Source: Candidatus Latescibacterota bacterium (GTDB taxonomy: Bacteria > Latescibacterota > UBA2968 > GCA-2709665). From it: a stretch of 64,000 bases of DNA. Position 1 is the stretch's first letter. Each line of letters starts with the position of its first letter. Below, one piece after another: positions 1 to 10,487 of the stretch. The stretch spans positions 4,896,001 through 4,960,000 of the forward strand of contig OZ242358.1 in assembly GCA_965208835.1 (NCBI GenBank). Reading direction: 5' to 3'. The notes below the pieces were generated by a model. That model did no database searches, was not told the origin of the DNA, and saw only the letters and a list, made by a program, of their open reading frames with translations. The position numbers and the translations under genes were made by a program.

Positions 1-1020
1 GGGATGGACATCCTGGCAGGAAACGCCATCGCCCAGGGTCCGAGAAACCTGCTCGCCCGGTCGTATCTCTGGGCGCCCATCGCCATCACCGTGGAAGGCG
101 CGAATATTCTCACGCGGACCCTTATCACGTTCGGTCAGGGCGCGATCCGGTGCCATCCGTACATCTATGATGAAATACAGGCGCTCAAGACCGGCAACCT
201 GCACGCGTTCGACCGCGCATTCTGGGCCCACGCGGGCCACGTCATCCGCAACGGGTTCCGCACCGCGCTCCTGAGCCTGTCGCGCGGTTACCTGGCCGCT
301 TCGCCGGTGCGGGGGCCCGCGTCCCGGTACTATCGCAAGCTGGCCTGGACGTCCGCTTCATTCGCCTTCATGGCCGATATCGCCCTGATCTCAATGGGCG
401 GCGCCCTGAAAAAAGAAGAGAAACTGGCCGGCCGCTTCGCGGACATCCTGTCATGGATGTACCTGGGCACCGCCGTCATGCGCCGATTTGAAGCGGAAGG
501 GCGCAGACCGGGCCACCTGCCCTATCTGCACTGGGCGATGCAATACGCGCTCGCGCAGATTCAGCTCGGATTCAGCGGCCTGTTCCGGAACCTGCGCGTC
601 TTCCCCGGCCTCAATCTGCTGTTCCGCTATCCGGTTGCGATGTGGTCTCGCGTCAACGCGATCGGCCGGATGCCTTCCGACGTCCTGGGAGGCGACGTCG
701 CCCGCGCCATGCGGACCCCCGGCCCGGACCGGGACGCGCTGACCTCTGACATATATCTGCCGGATTCCGCGGATGAAGCCCTGGGCCGGCTCGAAACCGC
801 GTTCGAGCTTTCCTGCAGGGCCGAACCCATTTCCGGCATCATCAAGAAAGCCGCACGCGCAGGCCTGCTTTCCGGCCGGGACCCCCACCGGCTGGTCGAA
901 CAGGCCATGGAAAAAGAGCTGATCACACAGGAAGACGCGGAGCTGTTCCGGCGCGCGGAGACCGCCAGAGACCAGGCGGTGAGAGTGGACGCGTTCAGCC
1001 CTGAAGAATACTTCCCGTAG
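1..1020 (+). CDS. fadE: Acyl-CoA dehydrogenase FadE-type, C-terminal part (5' truncated by window)
   Basis: PIAITVEGANILTR motif, GGALKKEEKLAGRFADILS, C-terminal DUF1974-like region. Confidence 0.85.
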   Translation, partial: GMDILAGNAIAQGPRNLLARSYLWAPIAITVEGANILTRTLITFGQGAIRCHPYIYDEIQALKTGNLHAFDRAFWAHAGHVIRNGFRTALLSLSRGYLAASPVRGPASRYYRKLAWTSASFAFMADIALISMGGALKKEEKLAGRFADILSWMYLGTAVMRRFEAEGRRPGHLPYLHWAMQYALAQIQLGFSGLFRNLRVFPGLNLLFRYPVAMWSRVNAIGRMPSDVLGGDVARAMRTPGPDRDALTSDIYLPDSADEALGRLETAFELSCRAEPISGIIKKAARAGLLSGRDPHRLVEQAMEKELITQEDAELFRRAETARDQAVRVDAFSPEEYFP

Positions 1021-1193
1021 CCCGACGTAAGAAGCTGTTTTAAAATTCCCAGCGGTCTTCGCACGGCTGCAAACGCGCCGGTCGGCGTTGGTCAAACCCG
1101 CCCAAGAGTGGCGAGGGGCGCGCAGCCACGATACATTCGAAACGGGCGGCAGCGGCGCGCCAACGGACTGCCAACTCCGGAGGAGCACAATCC

Positions 1194-2819
1194 ATGCAAG
1201 GCCTCATGATGGACTACCCCCTCACCATGGACCGGATCCTGGAGCACGCCAACCGTCTGTACCCCCGAAAACGCATCACCACCTTATTGCCCGACGGAGA
1301 CGTGTACCGATACACCTACGCGGACCTTCACAGCCGGTCGAGGCGGCTCGCCAGCGCGCTCGGCGGGCTGGGAATAGAACCCGGCGACCGCGTAGGCACC
1401 TTCGCGTGGAACAACCACCAGCACCTGGAGCTGTATTTCGCCGTGCCCTGCAGCGGCGCCGTCTGCCATACTCTGAACATCCGGCTCTCTCCGGATCAGC
1501 TGGCGTACATCATCAGCCACGCGGATGACAAGGCCATCTTTGTGGATGCGGCCCTGCTGCCCCGCTTCGAAGCCGTGGCGGCCAGACTCGACCGCCGCCC
1601 GCGCATCGTCCTGTTCAATGTCAAACCGGGTATCCGGATCGGCCCTGGCGACGCATTGGACTATGAAGCCCTGATCGCCGGCGGCAGCGATTCGTACGAA
1701 TGGCCCGCAATAGACGAAGACACGGCCATGGGCCTCTGCTACACCAGCGGCACCACCGGCGAGCCCCGGGGCGCGTTGTACTCGCACCGTTCGATGTTTC
1801 TGCACACGCTGGGCGTGAATCAGTCCAACGCCGTGGGCCTTGTCGAATCGGATGTCGTCATGCCGGTCGTACCGCAGTTCCACGCCATGGCCTGGGGACT
1901 GCCGTATGCATGCGCCATGGCCGGCGCGGAGATGGTTCTCCCCGGCCCCCACCTGAATCCCGCCGCCCTTGCGCGGACGATCGCGGAGGAAGGCGTCACG
2001 GTTCCCGCCGGCGTCCCCACCATCTGGACCGGACTGTATGAAGAGCTCAAGGTCAATCCGCGCGACATCTCCTGTATTCGCGCCCTGATCGTCGGCGGGG
2101 CGGCCATGCCGCGCGGCCTGATCGAAGCCTATGAAACCGAACTCAACGTGCCGGTCGTACACGCCTGGGGAATGACCGAACTTTCGCCCCTGGGTACCGT
2201 CTCCAAGCTGCAGCGCCACCATGGCGCCCTTCCGGACGCGGACAGGTGGGACGTGAAAGCCACCCAGGGGTATCCCATCTGCGGCGTTGACATGCGGATT
2301 GTGGACGATTCCGGCAACGAAGCGCCCTGGGACGGCCGCAGCATGGGCGAGATACAGGTCAGGGGCCCGTGGGTGATCGGAAGCTATTACAAGCAGGACC
2401 CCGCGCCCGATCACTTCACGGCCGACGGGTGGTTCCGGACCGGCGACGTGGGCTCGATGAGCCCGGACGGCTTCCTCACCATCACGGACCGGACAAGAGA
2501 CCTCATCAAGAGCGGCGGCGAGTGGATTTCGAGCGTGGCGCTGGAGAACACGCTCATGGGCCATCCGTCCGTCACCGAGGCCGCCGTCATCGCCGTTCCC
2601 GACGCGAAGTGGACGGAACGTCCCTTCGCCATCGCCGTGCGGTCGCCCAACGCGGATCCCGTCACGGCCGAGTCGCTCCTGGCCCACCTCGCATCCGTAT
2701 ATCCGAAATACTGGGTACCCGACAGAATCGTCTTCGTGGAGCAGATCCCTAAGACCAGCGTCGGAAAACTGGACAAGAAAGTCATCCGCCGGCAGTACGC
2801 GGAAGGAAAGTTCGGATAG
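1194..2819 (+). CDS. Long-chain fatty acid--CoA ligase (AMP-binding family)
   Basis: [34 protein letters not shown] motifs; GGAGGAG RBS upstream. Confidence 0.9.
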   Translation: MQGLMMDYPLTMDRILEHANRLYPRKRITTLLPDGDVYRYTYADLHSRSRRLASALGGLGIEPGDRVGTFAWNNHQHLELYFAVPCSGAVCHTLNIRLSPDQLAYIISHADDKAIFVDAALLPRFEAVAARLDRRPRIVLFNVKPGIRIGPGDALDYEALIAGGSDSYEWPAIDEDTAMGLCYTSGTTGEPRGALYSHRSMFLHTLGVNQSNAVGLVESDVVMPVVPQFHAMAWGLPYACAMAGAEMVLPGPHLNPAALARTIAEEGVTVPAGVPTIWTGLYEELKVNPRDISCIRALIVGGAAMPRGLIEAYETELNVPVVHAWGMTELSPLGTVSKLQRHHGALPDADRWDVKATQGYPICGVDMRIVDDSGNEAPWDGRSMGEIQVRGPWVIGSYYKQDPAPDHFTADGWFRTGDVGSMSPDGFLTITDRTRDLIKSGGEWISSVALENTLMGHPSVTEAAVIAVPDAKWTERPFAIAVRSPNADPVTAESLLAHLASVYPKYWVPDRIVFVEQIPKTSVGKLDKKVIRRQYAEGKFG

Positions 2820-2850
2820 CCCGACACGACAGGAAATGAAATAAACCGCG

Positions 2851-3582
2851 ATGCCTCTCCACCTCAAGAACCCTCACAGCATCCTGGCCGTTCTGGAAGC
2901 CCGGCCCCAGGACGTCTACGAAATCCGCCTGCCGGACCCCGTCTCCGGCCCCTGGAGCCGGATCCGGTCGTCCGCCACGGAAATCGGCGTCAAGATCTCG
3001 GGCCAGACCCGCGCATCCCGGAGGCAAAACCGGACGGGCCGCGCCCGCGGCGCCGAGGCCGTTGTCAAGGAACGACGCGCGGTGCCTGTACAGGAACTCT
3101 TCGCGAACGTGCCCGCGGACGGACTCTGGCTCGCGCTCGACCGCGTGCAGGACCCGCACAACGTCGGGGCGATCTTTCGCACCGCCGCCTTCTTCGGCGT
3201 CCGCGGCATCCTGATCACGCGGGACCGTTCCGCTCCTCTCACGGATACCGTGTACGACGTCGCATCCGGAGGCGTCGAACACGTGCCATTCAGCTTCCCG
3301 GCGAACCTCAGCCGGTCGCTCGACCTGGCGCGGACGGCGAACGTCTGGATCCTGGGCGCGTCGGAACACGCCGACACCGGCCTGGACCGGATCGCGGCCG
3401 ACCGGCCCTGGCTGCTGGTGGTGGGCAACGAAGAACGCGGGCTACGCCGGCTCACGCTGGACAAGTGCGACGCCACCTGCAGAATTCCATCGACAGGATC
3501 GGTTGCTTCTCTCAACGTCTCGGTAGCCGCGGGTATATTCATGCAGAAACTCGCCGGGCCGCCAGATGCGACCACCCGATAG
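2851..3582 (+). CDS. TrmH/SpoU-family RNA 2'-O-methyltransferase (RlmB-like)
   Basis: DRVQDPHNVGAIFRTA, VGNEERG, SLNVSVAAG SPOUT motifs. Confidence 0.9.
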   Translation: MPLHLKNPHSILAVLEARPQDVYEIRLPDPVSGPWSRIRSSATEIGVKISGQTRASRRQNRTGRARGAEAVVKERRAVPVQELFANVPADGLWLALDRVQDPHNVGAIFRTAAFFGVRGILITRDRSAPLTDTVYDVASGGVEHVPFSFPANLSRSLDLARTANVWILGASEHADTGLDRIAADRPWLLVVGNEERGLRRLTLDKCDATCRIPSTGSVASLNVSVAAGIFMQKLAGPPDATTR

Positions 3583-3616
3583 ACTCTCGTTTTATCCCGT
3601 CCATCCAAGTTGATTT

Positions 3617-3755
3617 CCCTGAGCTTGTCGAATTGCCTTCGTTCGCCGAAACGTGGTCATTGAGCTTGTCGAAATGCCCTCGATTCGATATCCAGTCGGT
3701 ATCCAATTCGAAATCCTTCGCCGACCCTTCGACAAGCTCAGGGAGCGGCTCAGGG
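3617..3755. repeat. REP-like cluster of CTGAGCTTGTCGAA / TTCGACAAGCTCAG units (2 forward, 1 inverted)
   Basis: Motif at ~3619, ~3661 and inverted at ~3728; a further copy at ~8582-8613. Confidence 0.75.
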
Positions 3756-3846
3756 CCCGTTTCCCGTGCGTTGCCCTGAACGGGCCGCACTTGTCATCAA
3801 TTCCGGTTTGCCGTATCTTTTTCGGAAAAAATCAGGGGAAGAGACG

Positions 3847-4473
3847 ATGCCCGAAACCATCTTCTGGGACGTGGATACCCAGTACGACTTCATCATGCCG
3901 GACGGCAAACTCTACATCCGGGAGGCGGAGAAAATCCTGCCCAACCTGGAGCGGCTCACGGCCTGCGCGCGGCAGCGGAATATCCCCATCTTCGGGTCGG
4001 TAGACTTCCACAACCCGGACGATCCGGAGATCTCGGACTCGCCCGACTTCCAGGACACCTTTCCGCCGCACTGTCTCAAGGACACCCCGGGCCAGCGAAA
4101 GGTCGCGGAAACACGCCCGGTGAATCCGCTGTGGATCGACGGCGGCGCGGAAGATACCGCGGAACTCGGCGAGCGGGTCCGGAACCACGCGGGCGAGGTC
4201 ATCTTCCGCAAACAGCGCTTCGACGTGTTCACCAATCGGAACGTGGAACCCGTTCTGAATGCCGTCAGGCCCGGACGCATCGTCCTGTACGGCGTCGCCC
4301 TGGACGTCTGCAATGCCTACGCGATCGATGGCTTTCTCGAGAGGAACACCGCCCCCGTCCAGCTCGTGCTGGACGCCACGCAGGCCATCTTCCCCGAACG
4401 CGGGGATACGCTCGTGGAAGGCTGGGAGGCCCGCGGCGTCACCGTCGTTTCTACCGACGAGATCACCGGATAG
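3847..4473 (+). CDS. Cysteine hydrolase, nicotinamidase/pyrazinamidase-like (isochorismatase family)
   Basis: DVDTQYDF, DFH, FPPHC, GVALDVC catalytic motifs. Confidence 0.85.
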   Translation: MPETIFWDVDTQYDFIMPDGKLYIREAEKILPNLERLTACARQRNIPIFGSVDFHNPDDPEISDSPDFQDTFPPHCLKDTPGQRKVAETRPVNPLWIDGGAEDTAELGERVRNHAGEVIFRKQRFDVFTNRNVEPVLNAVRPGRIVLYGVALDVCNAYAIDGFLERNTAPVQLVLDATQAIFPERGDTLVEGWEARGVTVVSTDEITG

Positions 4474-4489
4474 GGAAACTCACAGACAT

Positions 4490-4536
4490 AAAAGAGCGCA
4501 TCGTCCAGGACCTTCAGGGCGATGCGCTCTTTTTTT
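4490..4536. terminator. Bidirectional intrinsic terminator between convergent genes
   Basis: AAAAGAGCGCATCG...CGATGCGCTCTTTTTTT inverted repeat. Confidence 0.8.
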
Positions 4537-4592
4537 AAATGTGTGGACCGGAACAAGCGGTAATGTCCGCGCCACCTTCCAGCGGTCGATGA

Positions 4593-5699
4593 CTATTGCG
4601 ACGGTTGTCCCGCGGACACCGCCAGGTCCTTGAACAGGCTCCGGTACTTGCCGTAGCCGGCCGTCTTCAGCTCACCCGCGGGGATAAACCGCAGCGAGGC
4701 CGAATTGATGCAATAGCGCAGGCCGGTCGGCGCGGGCCCGTCGTTGAATACGTGGCCGAGGTGGGAATCCCCGTATTTACTGCGCACCTCCGTTCGGGTC
4801 ATGAAAAGACTGTTGTCCACGTGCTCAACCACGTGTTCGGTCACGAGCGGCTGCGTGAAGCTCGGCCATCCGGTACCCGACCGGTATTTGTGGGTTGAAC
4901 TGAATAGGGGCTCGCCCGACACGATATCCACGTAGATGCCCGGCTTCTTGTTGTCCCAGTACTCGTTGCGGAACGGACGCTCGGTACCGTCTTCCTGGGT
5001 CACGTTCCACTGCAGCGGCGTCAGTTTCCGGCGCAGCTCCGCGTCGGGGGGTTTGTTCCAGATCCCGCTGGAAGATTTGGCCGCTTTGTCCCGCCCCCAG
5101 GTCTTTTCGATGAACCGGTCGCGGCCGGAGCCCTTCCGGTAGCGGTTGTAGTGGGCCGGCTTCTTCCTGTAGTAATCCTGGTGATATTCCTCCGCCGGAT
5201 AAAAGGTTTCCGCGGGCCGGATAGGCGTCACGATGGGGGCGTTGAAGCGACCGGATTTCTGAAGGGCCTCCTTTGAGGTTTCCGCCAGCTCTTTCTGCTT
5301 CTCGTCATGGTAGAAGATAGCGGACGAGTATTGATGGCCCCGGTCATAGAACGACCCCCCCGCATCGGTGGGGTCGAACTGCATCCAGTAGACGTCGAGC
5401 AGTTGCGCATAGGTGACCACGGAGGGGTCGTACGTGACCAGCACCGCCTCGATGTGCCGGGTACCGCCGGAACTGACCTGGCCGTAGGTGGGATTCCGGA
5501 TCTCCCCGCCGGTATAACCGGAAACCGCGGACACAACGCCTTCCAGCTTGTCGAATGGGGCTTCGATGCACCAGAAGCAGCCGCCGGCAAACGTGGCTTG
5601 CTCCATGTCTTTCGTTTCGGAACTGCCGTCCATTGCGCCCAGGGCCAGGGCGACAACGAGAACGGCAGCGGTGAACAACAGCAAAAGCGTGGTTTTCAT
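4593..5699 (-). CDS. msrAB: Secreted bifunctional methionine sulfoxide reductase MsrA/MsrB
   Basis: Signal peptide; GGCFWC and AEEYHQDYY (MsrA); GTGWPSF, HLGHVF, RYCINS (MsrB). Confidence 0.92.
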   Translation of the reverse strand: MKTTLLLLFTAAVLVVALALGAMDGSSETKDMEQATFAGGCFWCIEAPFDKLEGVVSAVSGYTGGEIRNPTYGQVSSGGTRHIEAVLVTYDPSVVTYAQLLDVYWMQFDPTDAGGSFYDRGHQYSSAIFYHDEKQKELAETSKEALQKSGRFNAPIVTPIRPAETFYPAEEYHQDYYRKKPAHYNRYRKGSGRDRFIEKTWGRDKAAKSSSGIWNKPPDAELRRKLTPLQWNVTQEDGTERPFRNEYWDNKKPGIYVDIVSGEPLFSSTHKYRSGTGWPSFTQPLVTEHVVEHVDNSLFMTRTEVRSKYGDSHLGHVFNDGPAPTGLRYCINSASLRFIPAGELKTAGYGKYRSLFKDLAVSAGQPSQ

Positions 5700-5870
5700 A
5701 TGGTATCCTCCTGGAATTTCCGGCATCCGGTCTGAAAGCGTCGCATCGGTTAAAGACGATTAAAAATCACAAATCCGGTCGCCGGTCGTCATTCCTGATG
5801 CACGAGAGGGAATCGGCAATCTCTCCCCATGAAACGCCGGCGGAGGGAGTTGGGTTGCATGAAACAACCA

Positions 5871-6010
5871 AAGAAGCGGGGAGAGGGAAGACGTGAGCCG
5901 GTAGAAGAAGCCCTTGCCCGGTATATTCTTCCTCTTTGCCTTTGGCACGGGAAGAAACCTCACAAGGCAGGTAATCTCTCCCGTCTTGCGTCTCCCGTCT
6001 CCCCGCATTT
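5871..6010 (-). repeat. Heptamer-armed hairpin element, copy A
   Basis: Reverse complement of core CCTGCCTTGTGAGGTTTCTTCCCGTGCCAAAGGCAAAG, with inverted heptamer arms. Confidence 0.85.
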
Positions 6011-6065
6011 AGCTGATCGCTCTTTCTCACTTGATACATGAACATTTGTGCAGCATATTCAGGAC

Positions 6066-6863
6066 ATGGCGCATGCGCACCTGGAAATCGAAGAGGCCGC
6101 GGCGCGTTCCGTACTGATGCCGCAGGACGGCCCACCCGTCACGCGATACACCCTGAATCCATACATGGGCTGCGGGATGGGGTGCGCCTATTGCTACGTG
6201 ATGAAATACCACTACGCTATGGAACATCCCCTGCCGTGGGGCGCGTGGGTGCAGCCGAAGACGAACGCGCCGTATCTGCTCGGCAAGGCTCGGGACAAGA
6301 TCTGGGGCCGGCGGATCTTCGTGGGCTCCGCCACCGACCCGTATCAATACGTGGAACGGCAGTACCGGCTGACCCGCCGCTGCCTGGGCGTGCTGGAGGA
6401 CAGCAACCCGAAAGACGTTGTGGTACATACGCGGAGCCACCTGGTTCTGGACGACGCGGAACTGCTGAGGAGGTTTAAATCCCCTCTGCGCGTTTGTTTT
6501 TCCGTACCCACGGACGACGACCGCGTGCGGAGAAAGCTGGAGCCGCACGCCCCGCGCATCGATGTCCGTCTTAAGACCATGCGACGCCTCAGGTCAATGG
6601 GCATTCACGTCACCGCGGCGGTGGCGCCTCTGCTCCACTGCGAGCCCACCCGGTTTGCCGGGCTGCTGAAAGACGCCGCTGACGACGTCTACACGGGGTC
6701 GATGCGCTATACCGACAAGACGGGCCTTCACGCGACGGGCAGAGCCAGGGCATATTTCGAAAGCGCCCGATACCAGGACCTGGTCGCGGAGACGGACCGC
6801 TGCCTCGACGCGGCCGGCCTGAAGACGAACCGCGACGACGAGCGGGATTTCGCATCGCGATGA
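6066..6863 (+). CDS. Radical SAM protein, spore-photoproduct-lyase-like (Rv2578c family)
   Basis: LNPYMGCGMGCAYCY (CxxxCxxC), SATDPYQ, LEPHAP. Confidence 0.85.
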   Translation: MAHAHLEIEEAAARSVLMPQDGPPVTRYTLNPYMGCGMGCAYCYVMKYHYAMEHPLPWGAWVQPKTNAPYLLGKARDKIWGRRIFVGSATDPYQYVERQYRLTRRCLGVLEDSNPKDVVVHTRSHLVLDDAELLRRFKSPLRVCFSVPTDDDRVRRKLEPHAPRIDVRLKTMRRLRSMGIHVTAAVAPLLHCEPTRFAGLLKDAADDVYTGSMRYTDKTGLHATGRARAYFESARYQDLVAETDRCLDAAGLKTNRDDERDFASR

Positions 6864-6966
6864 GAGAAAAAAAAAGGAATGCGCGAAGGTATGAGGTCCT
6901 TCGGACATCCCGTGTGCGAACCGCGTTGCCTGCGGCGGGGCGATTACGATTTCTGTATCGGGGCTG

Positions 6967-8433
6967 TCATCTCAACCTGCGCCGCATGGGACGCCGGGGC
7001 GAGGGTGAGGCGGAGCGGATCTCGGCGATGAACTCGGCGGCCGCGTCGCTGTATGTTTCGAACGGGTCCTGGAGACTCAGGTGGCTTTCGTTCTCCAGAT
7101 AGACCGAGTCCCAGTCCACGATATACCGCATCCGGTTCTCCGACAGGGCCCTGATCACGTCGGACCGGCCCCGGGCGCGCGTATCGGCGGGCGGCTCGTC
7201 TCCCGCGCGGGCGATCTGCTCCTCGGACAGAATGCGGTGGGTCATCCCCTTGTGCTCCATGTCGAGGAAGAATCCCCGGTTGGGATCGATATTGTGGAAC
7301 TCCAGATCCAGGCTCTGGAGCCACGGATCGTTCCACTCCAGGCCTTCCGACTGCACGAACATATCCAGCATCCACTTCTTCGCCACCCAGTCCAGCCGGT
7401 CCTTCAGGACCATCGGATCCCGTTCCAGGTCGTCCAGCGTCTTCTCCCATTCGACCAGCACCCAGTCCGACTCCTCATCCATCCCGCGCAGATGCTGTTT
7501 CGCCAGATCCAGGTACCGGCGCTGGATATCCACGGCCGAAACCGGCCTTCCGTTCTTGCGCTCCAGAATCCATTTGTGGGTCGGGTCCCGGGAAATCTCC
7601 TTCAACGCCCACACCGGGTCGCCGAGGCCCACGTCCTGCGGGAAGATCTTGTGTTCGAGCAGATTCAACACCATCGCGGTGGTACCGACCTTCAGCGCGG
7701 TGGCGTACTCCGACATATTCGAATCGCCCATCAGCAGGTGCAGCCTTCGGTACTTGTTGTAGTCTGCCAGCGGTTCGTCGCGCGTATTGATGATCGCACG
7801 GCTGAACTGGATCCACTGATAGATCTCCGTGACGATGTGGTCCGCGCGCTGCGAAATCTGAAAGGCGACGGGGTCCTCGTGTCCGGAGTCGTCGACGTCG
7901 TCCCTGCCATAATAGTAGAAGCTGTCGTCGTAGCTGCCCACCCTGCCTGCGCCGCTGTAAATCTGCCGCGTTACCAGAAAAGGAAGCAGCGCCGGTATCA
8001 CAACCATCGAGAACGGCACGTTTCGCCGAATCAGGTAATTCTCGTGGCAGCCGAACGTGGCGCCGGTGTAATGGTCGATATTATTCTTGAGGAACGACGC
8101 CTCTTTCGCCAGCCCCAGCGAACGAAGCGCGCGCTGCAGAAGCCGTTCTCCCGCCCGGTCCGAGGCCACCAGGTCGAACAGGCTCTTGCATTCCGGCGTG
8201 GTGTATTCGATATGCCCCATATCGATATATACCCTGCCGGAATTGAACAAAAAACCGCCGTTTCCCGGCGGTTCGTCCCGGCCCCGATAGTGGATGTCGA
8301 CGATCCCCTTGCGCTCGGTGTGGAAGACATGGTCCTTCACCTTCACCGTAATGGCATCCGGGCTGACGAACCCCTCGTGCTCCGGCGCCATGCACCCGAA
8401 TTCGGTTTCCAGACCGAAAATGCGACGTTCCAT
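6967..8433 (-). CDS. pafA: Pup/UBact--protein ligase PafA
   Basis: RRIFGLETEFG, GGFLFNSGRVYIDMGHIEYTTPEC, GCHENYL, RAIINTRDEPLAD, RRLHLLMGDSNMSE; last gene of proteasome operon. Confidence 0.88.
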   Translation of the reverse strand: MERRIFGLETEFGCMAPEHEGFVSPDAITVKVKDHVFHTERKGIVDIHYRGRDEPPGNGGFLFNSGRVYIDMGHIEYTTPECKSLFDLVASDRAGERLLQRALRSLGLAKEASFLKNNIDHYTGATFGCHENYLIRRNVPFSMVVIPALLPFLVTRQIYSGAGRVGSYDDSFYYYGRDDVDDSGHEDPVAFQISQRADHIVTEIYQWIQFSRAIINTRDEPLADYNKYRRLHLLMGDSNMSEYATALKVGTTAMVLNLLEHKIFPQDVGLGDPVWALKEISRDPTHKWILERKNGRPVSAVDIQRRYLDLAKQHLRGMDEESDWVLVEWEKTLDDLERDPMVLKDRLDWVAKKWMLDMFVQSEGLEWNDPWLQSLDLEFHNIDPNRGFFLDMEHKGMTHRILSEEQIARAGDEPPADTRARGRSDVIRALSENRMRYIVDWDSVYLENESHLSLQDPFETYSDAAAEFIAEIRSASPSPRRPMRRRLR

Positions 8434-8518
8434 ATCGTGTCCTCAATTGGACGCCTGCTGGATGATCCGCGTCCGCCTGAGCGGACGAAAGAAACCGACC
8501 CCACCGCCGCCAGCGGCC

Positions 8519-8543
8519 GGGCGCCCACAAGGGACGCCCCTAC
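8519..8543 (-). repeat. GTAG-type REP palindrome (other copies 38459-38483, 44005-44029, 55653-55676)
   Basis: GGGCGCCCACAAGGGACGCCCCTAC reads GTAGGGGCG... on the minus strand. Confidence 0.75.
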
Positions 8544-8640
8544 AGGCGAGGGGTAAGGATCTGGTGTTCGATGAGATCGTCGCCGACCCTTCGACAAGCT
8601 CAGGGACCGGCTCAGTCTTCAGACGCAAGTTTGGCGGCAC

Positions 8641-9420
8641 TCAGCGATAGGGCTTGATTACGGGCTGTATCTCGCGATCGCCGAGGACGCGAAACCGGCG
8701 TTTGTCCGTGCCGGACCGGTCCAGAACCACGGCCTCGACCGTGGCCGATGCCAACGCGTCCTTCAGGATGGCCTGCAGGTCCGCTTCACCGGCCATCCGT
8801 TCCAGCTCCGACATTTCCCGTGGGATTTCGTCCAGGGTTCCAACGAACCGCCCGGCCGCCCACGCCTCCAGCGCGGCCTTCAATGCGTTCCGCAGGCTAA
8901 GCCGGTGGTTTTCCGGCAAACGGCTCCGCATCAAGCCGTCCGCTTCCGGAATCTCGCCTATAACGCCGCGGCCTTCGTGCTTCTGAAACGTGCCGTCGTA
9001 GTCCACGGTATAGAAGACAGCGCCTTCCTCCGATACATCCAGTTCCAACATCAGGACACGCACGATAAACGGCGACCGGAAGACTTCGTCGAACGCCGTC
9101 TTGACCGCCGGACCCAGGCCGAAGTGTACGATCTGCTGCAGGTTTACGTCCTGCTCGGAATAATTGAACCCGATCACCGACGCCAGGTCCACGGCGGACT
9201 GCCGCAGCTTTTCGATGTCGGCCGGATGCCCAAGCGCGGCCATACCGATGCGGTCGTAGACCTCGAAGATCTTCTGTTGCCCCTGACCCAGCGTCAGGAG
9301 CAGGGCGCCGTCCCGCCAGGCCAGACCCACAACCGGGCTGCCGCCCCGGAGCTGGTCCTCTATATACTCCCGCCGGTTGGCTACCGCCTCCGCCCATCGA
9401 TAGGGTTCGTCCAGCATCAT
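8641..9420 (-). CDS. prcA: 20S proteasome alpha subunit
   Basis: GSPVVGL, KIFEVYDRIGMAALG, VDYDG motifs; directly downstream of prcB. Confidence 0.88.
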   Translation of the reverse strand: MMLDEPYRWAEAVANRREYIEDQLRGGSPVVGLAWRDGALLLTLGQGQQKIFEVYDRIGMAALGHPADIEKLRQSAVDLASVIGFNYSEQDVNLQQIVHFGLGPAVKTAFDEVFRSPFIVRVLMLELDVSEEGAVFYTVDYDGTFQKHEGRGVIGEIPEADGLMRSRLPENHRLSLRNALKAALEAWAAGRFVGTLDEIPREMSELERMAGEADLQAILKDALASATVEAVVLDRSGTDKRRFRVLGDREIQPVIKPYR

Positions 9421-10235
9421 CCCTCATCGTCTCCCGATTCCCCGGCACGGGCAATATACCGCTCGAAACACGCCCGCAGATCCTCCTCGGGCACGGTGCG
9501 CAGGCCATCCGCCGAGATCGTCTTCACCGTGGGCAACACGCCGGCGTCCCGTTCGTACCTTCCGGTGGCGGCATCGTATTCCGCGGCCGTATGCAGCAGG
9601 CGCAGGGCCATAACGAGGCTCTCGCTCCGGTCCAACTCGGCAAACGGACGTTCGCCCCACTGGTTATTATAGAACATCGCACCCCGGATGGCCGCCGCGC
9701 CGGATCCCGTCGTGGAAAAGTCGGCGCTCTCGAACTGCGCTCCCAGCACGTCGTAGAAGAAGATCTTGCCTCGGCTGTCCTGTCGGTCGAACGTGGCGAA
9801 AATGGGAATCACCGGGCCGATGCCCTGCATGGCCATTGGCAGGTTGTCGCGAATCAGGAGGGAGAGGCGCCGCAGCTTGGCCGCCAGGCTCATTTCCTGC
9901 AGCTGCCGCCGCCGGTGATATTGAAAGGTGTGTTCGAGGATGCGGGCGATTTCGTACGCCATGGCCGGCGACCCGGAAATGGCCATCACCGAAAACGCGT
10001 CGATATCGATGACCTTGTCGGCGCGGTCATAAAGCACGGTGTGGCCGGCGGTGGCCCGCCGGTCCCCCGCAATGAGGACGCCATCCCGGTAGCGAAGGGC
10101 CAGGATGGTCGTGCCCTCGGTGGGTTGAAACGGAAGGGACGCCGCGCTACCCGGCGCGTTTTCCTTCAGGTCGGCGCCGGGCAGCCGGTATCCCTCAGCC
10201 TTGAGCAGATCCAGAAAATCCCCACCCGCGCCCAT
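9417..10235 (-). CDS. prcB: 20S proteasome beta subunit with propeptide
   Basis: EG|TTILALRYRDGVLIAGDRRATAG (Thr1 nucleophile), TTGSG, DAATG. Confidence 0.92.
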   Translation of the reverse strand: MGAGGDFLDLLKAEGYRLPGADLKENAPGSAASLPFQPTEGTTILALRYRDGVLIAGDRRATAGHTVLYDRADKVIDIDAFSVMAISGSPAMAYEIARILEHTFQYHRRRQLQEMSLAAKLRRLSLLIRDNLPMAMQGIGPVIPIFATFDRQDSRGKIFFYDVLGAQFESADFSTTGSGAAAIRGAMFYNNQWGERPFAELDRSESLVMALRLLHTAAEYDAATGRYERDAGVLPTVKTISADGLRTVPEEDLRACFERYIARAGESGDDEG

Positions 10236-10239
10236 AGGC

Positions 10240-10431
10240 TCACTCGCCCGTGCGCTGGCGGTAGCGTCGCGCCTGATTCGGGTCCACGCGCCGCATGCGG
10301 CGCAGCAGGTCGCGGGTATCCGGACGATCGACGTCCGGTCGGGACGGTCCGTCGTTCCCGTCGTTCGGCTCCCCGTCGGGGGCTTCAGGCCGCCGGGTCC
10401 GCCGTTCAAAACCGGCCAGATCTCTCTTCAT
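10240..10431 (-). CDS. ubact: Ubiquitin-like modifier UBact (63 aa)
   Basis: Small low-complexity protein ending ...DPNQARRYRQRTGE, between dop and prcB; GGAGGAGG RBS. Confidence 0.9.
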   Translation of the reverse strand: MKRDLAGFERRTRRPEAPDGEPNDGNDGPSRPDVDRPDTRDLLRRMRRVDPNQARRYRQRTGE

Positions 10432-10487
10432 AGCCACCTCCTCCTTGTGTTTCCGAACGGCTACCATACACATTACGCGACCCGAGG

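Noticed and set aside
1284-2867. Long antisense ORFs (also 7081-8556, 12600-14051, 48871-50106, 50492-51985, 57606-58889)
   Set aside because: Shadow frames of high-GC genes with clear family motifs on the opposite strand.
10236-10409. 330-aa PrcB starting at 10409
   Set aside because: It overlaps the UBact ORF; the ATG at 10235 just after the ubact stop gives a normal propeptide.
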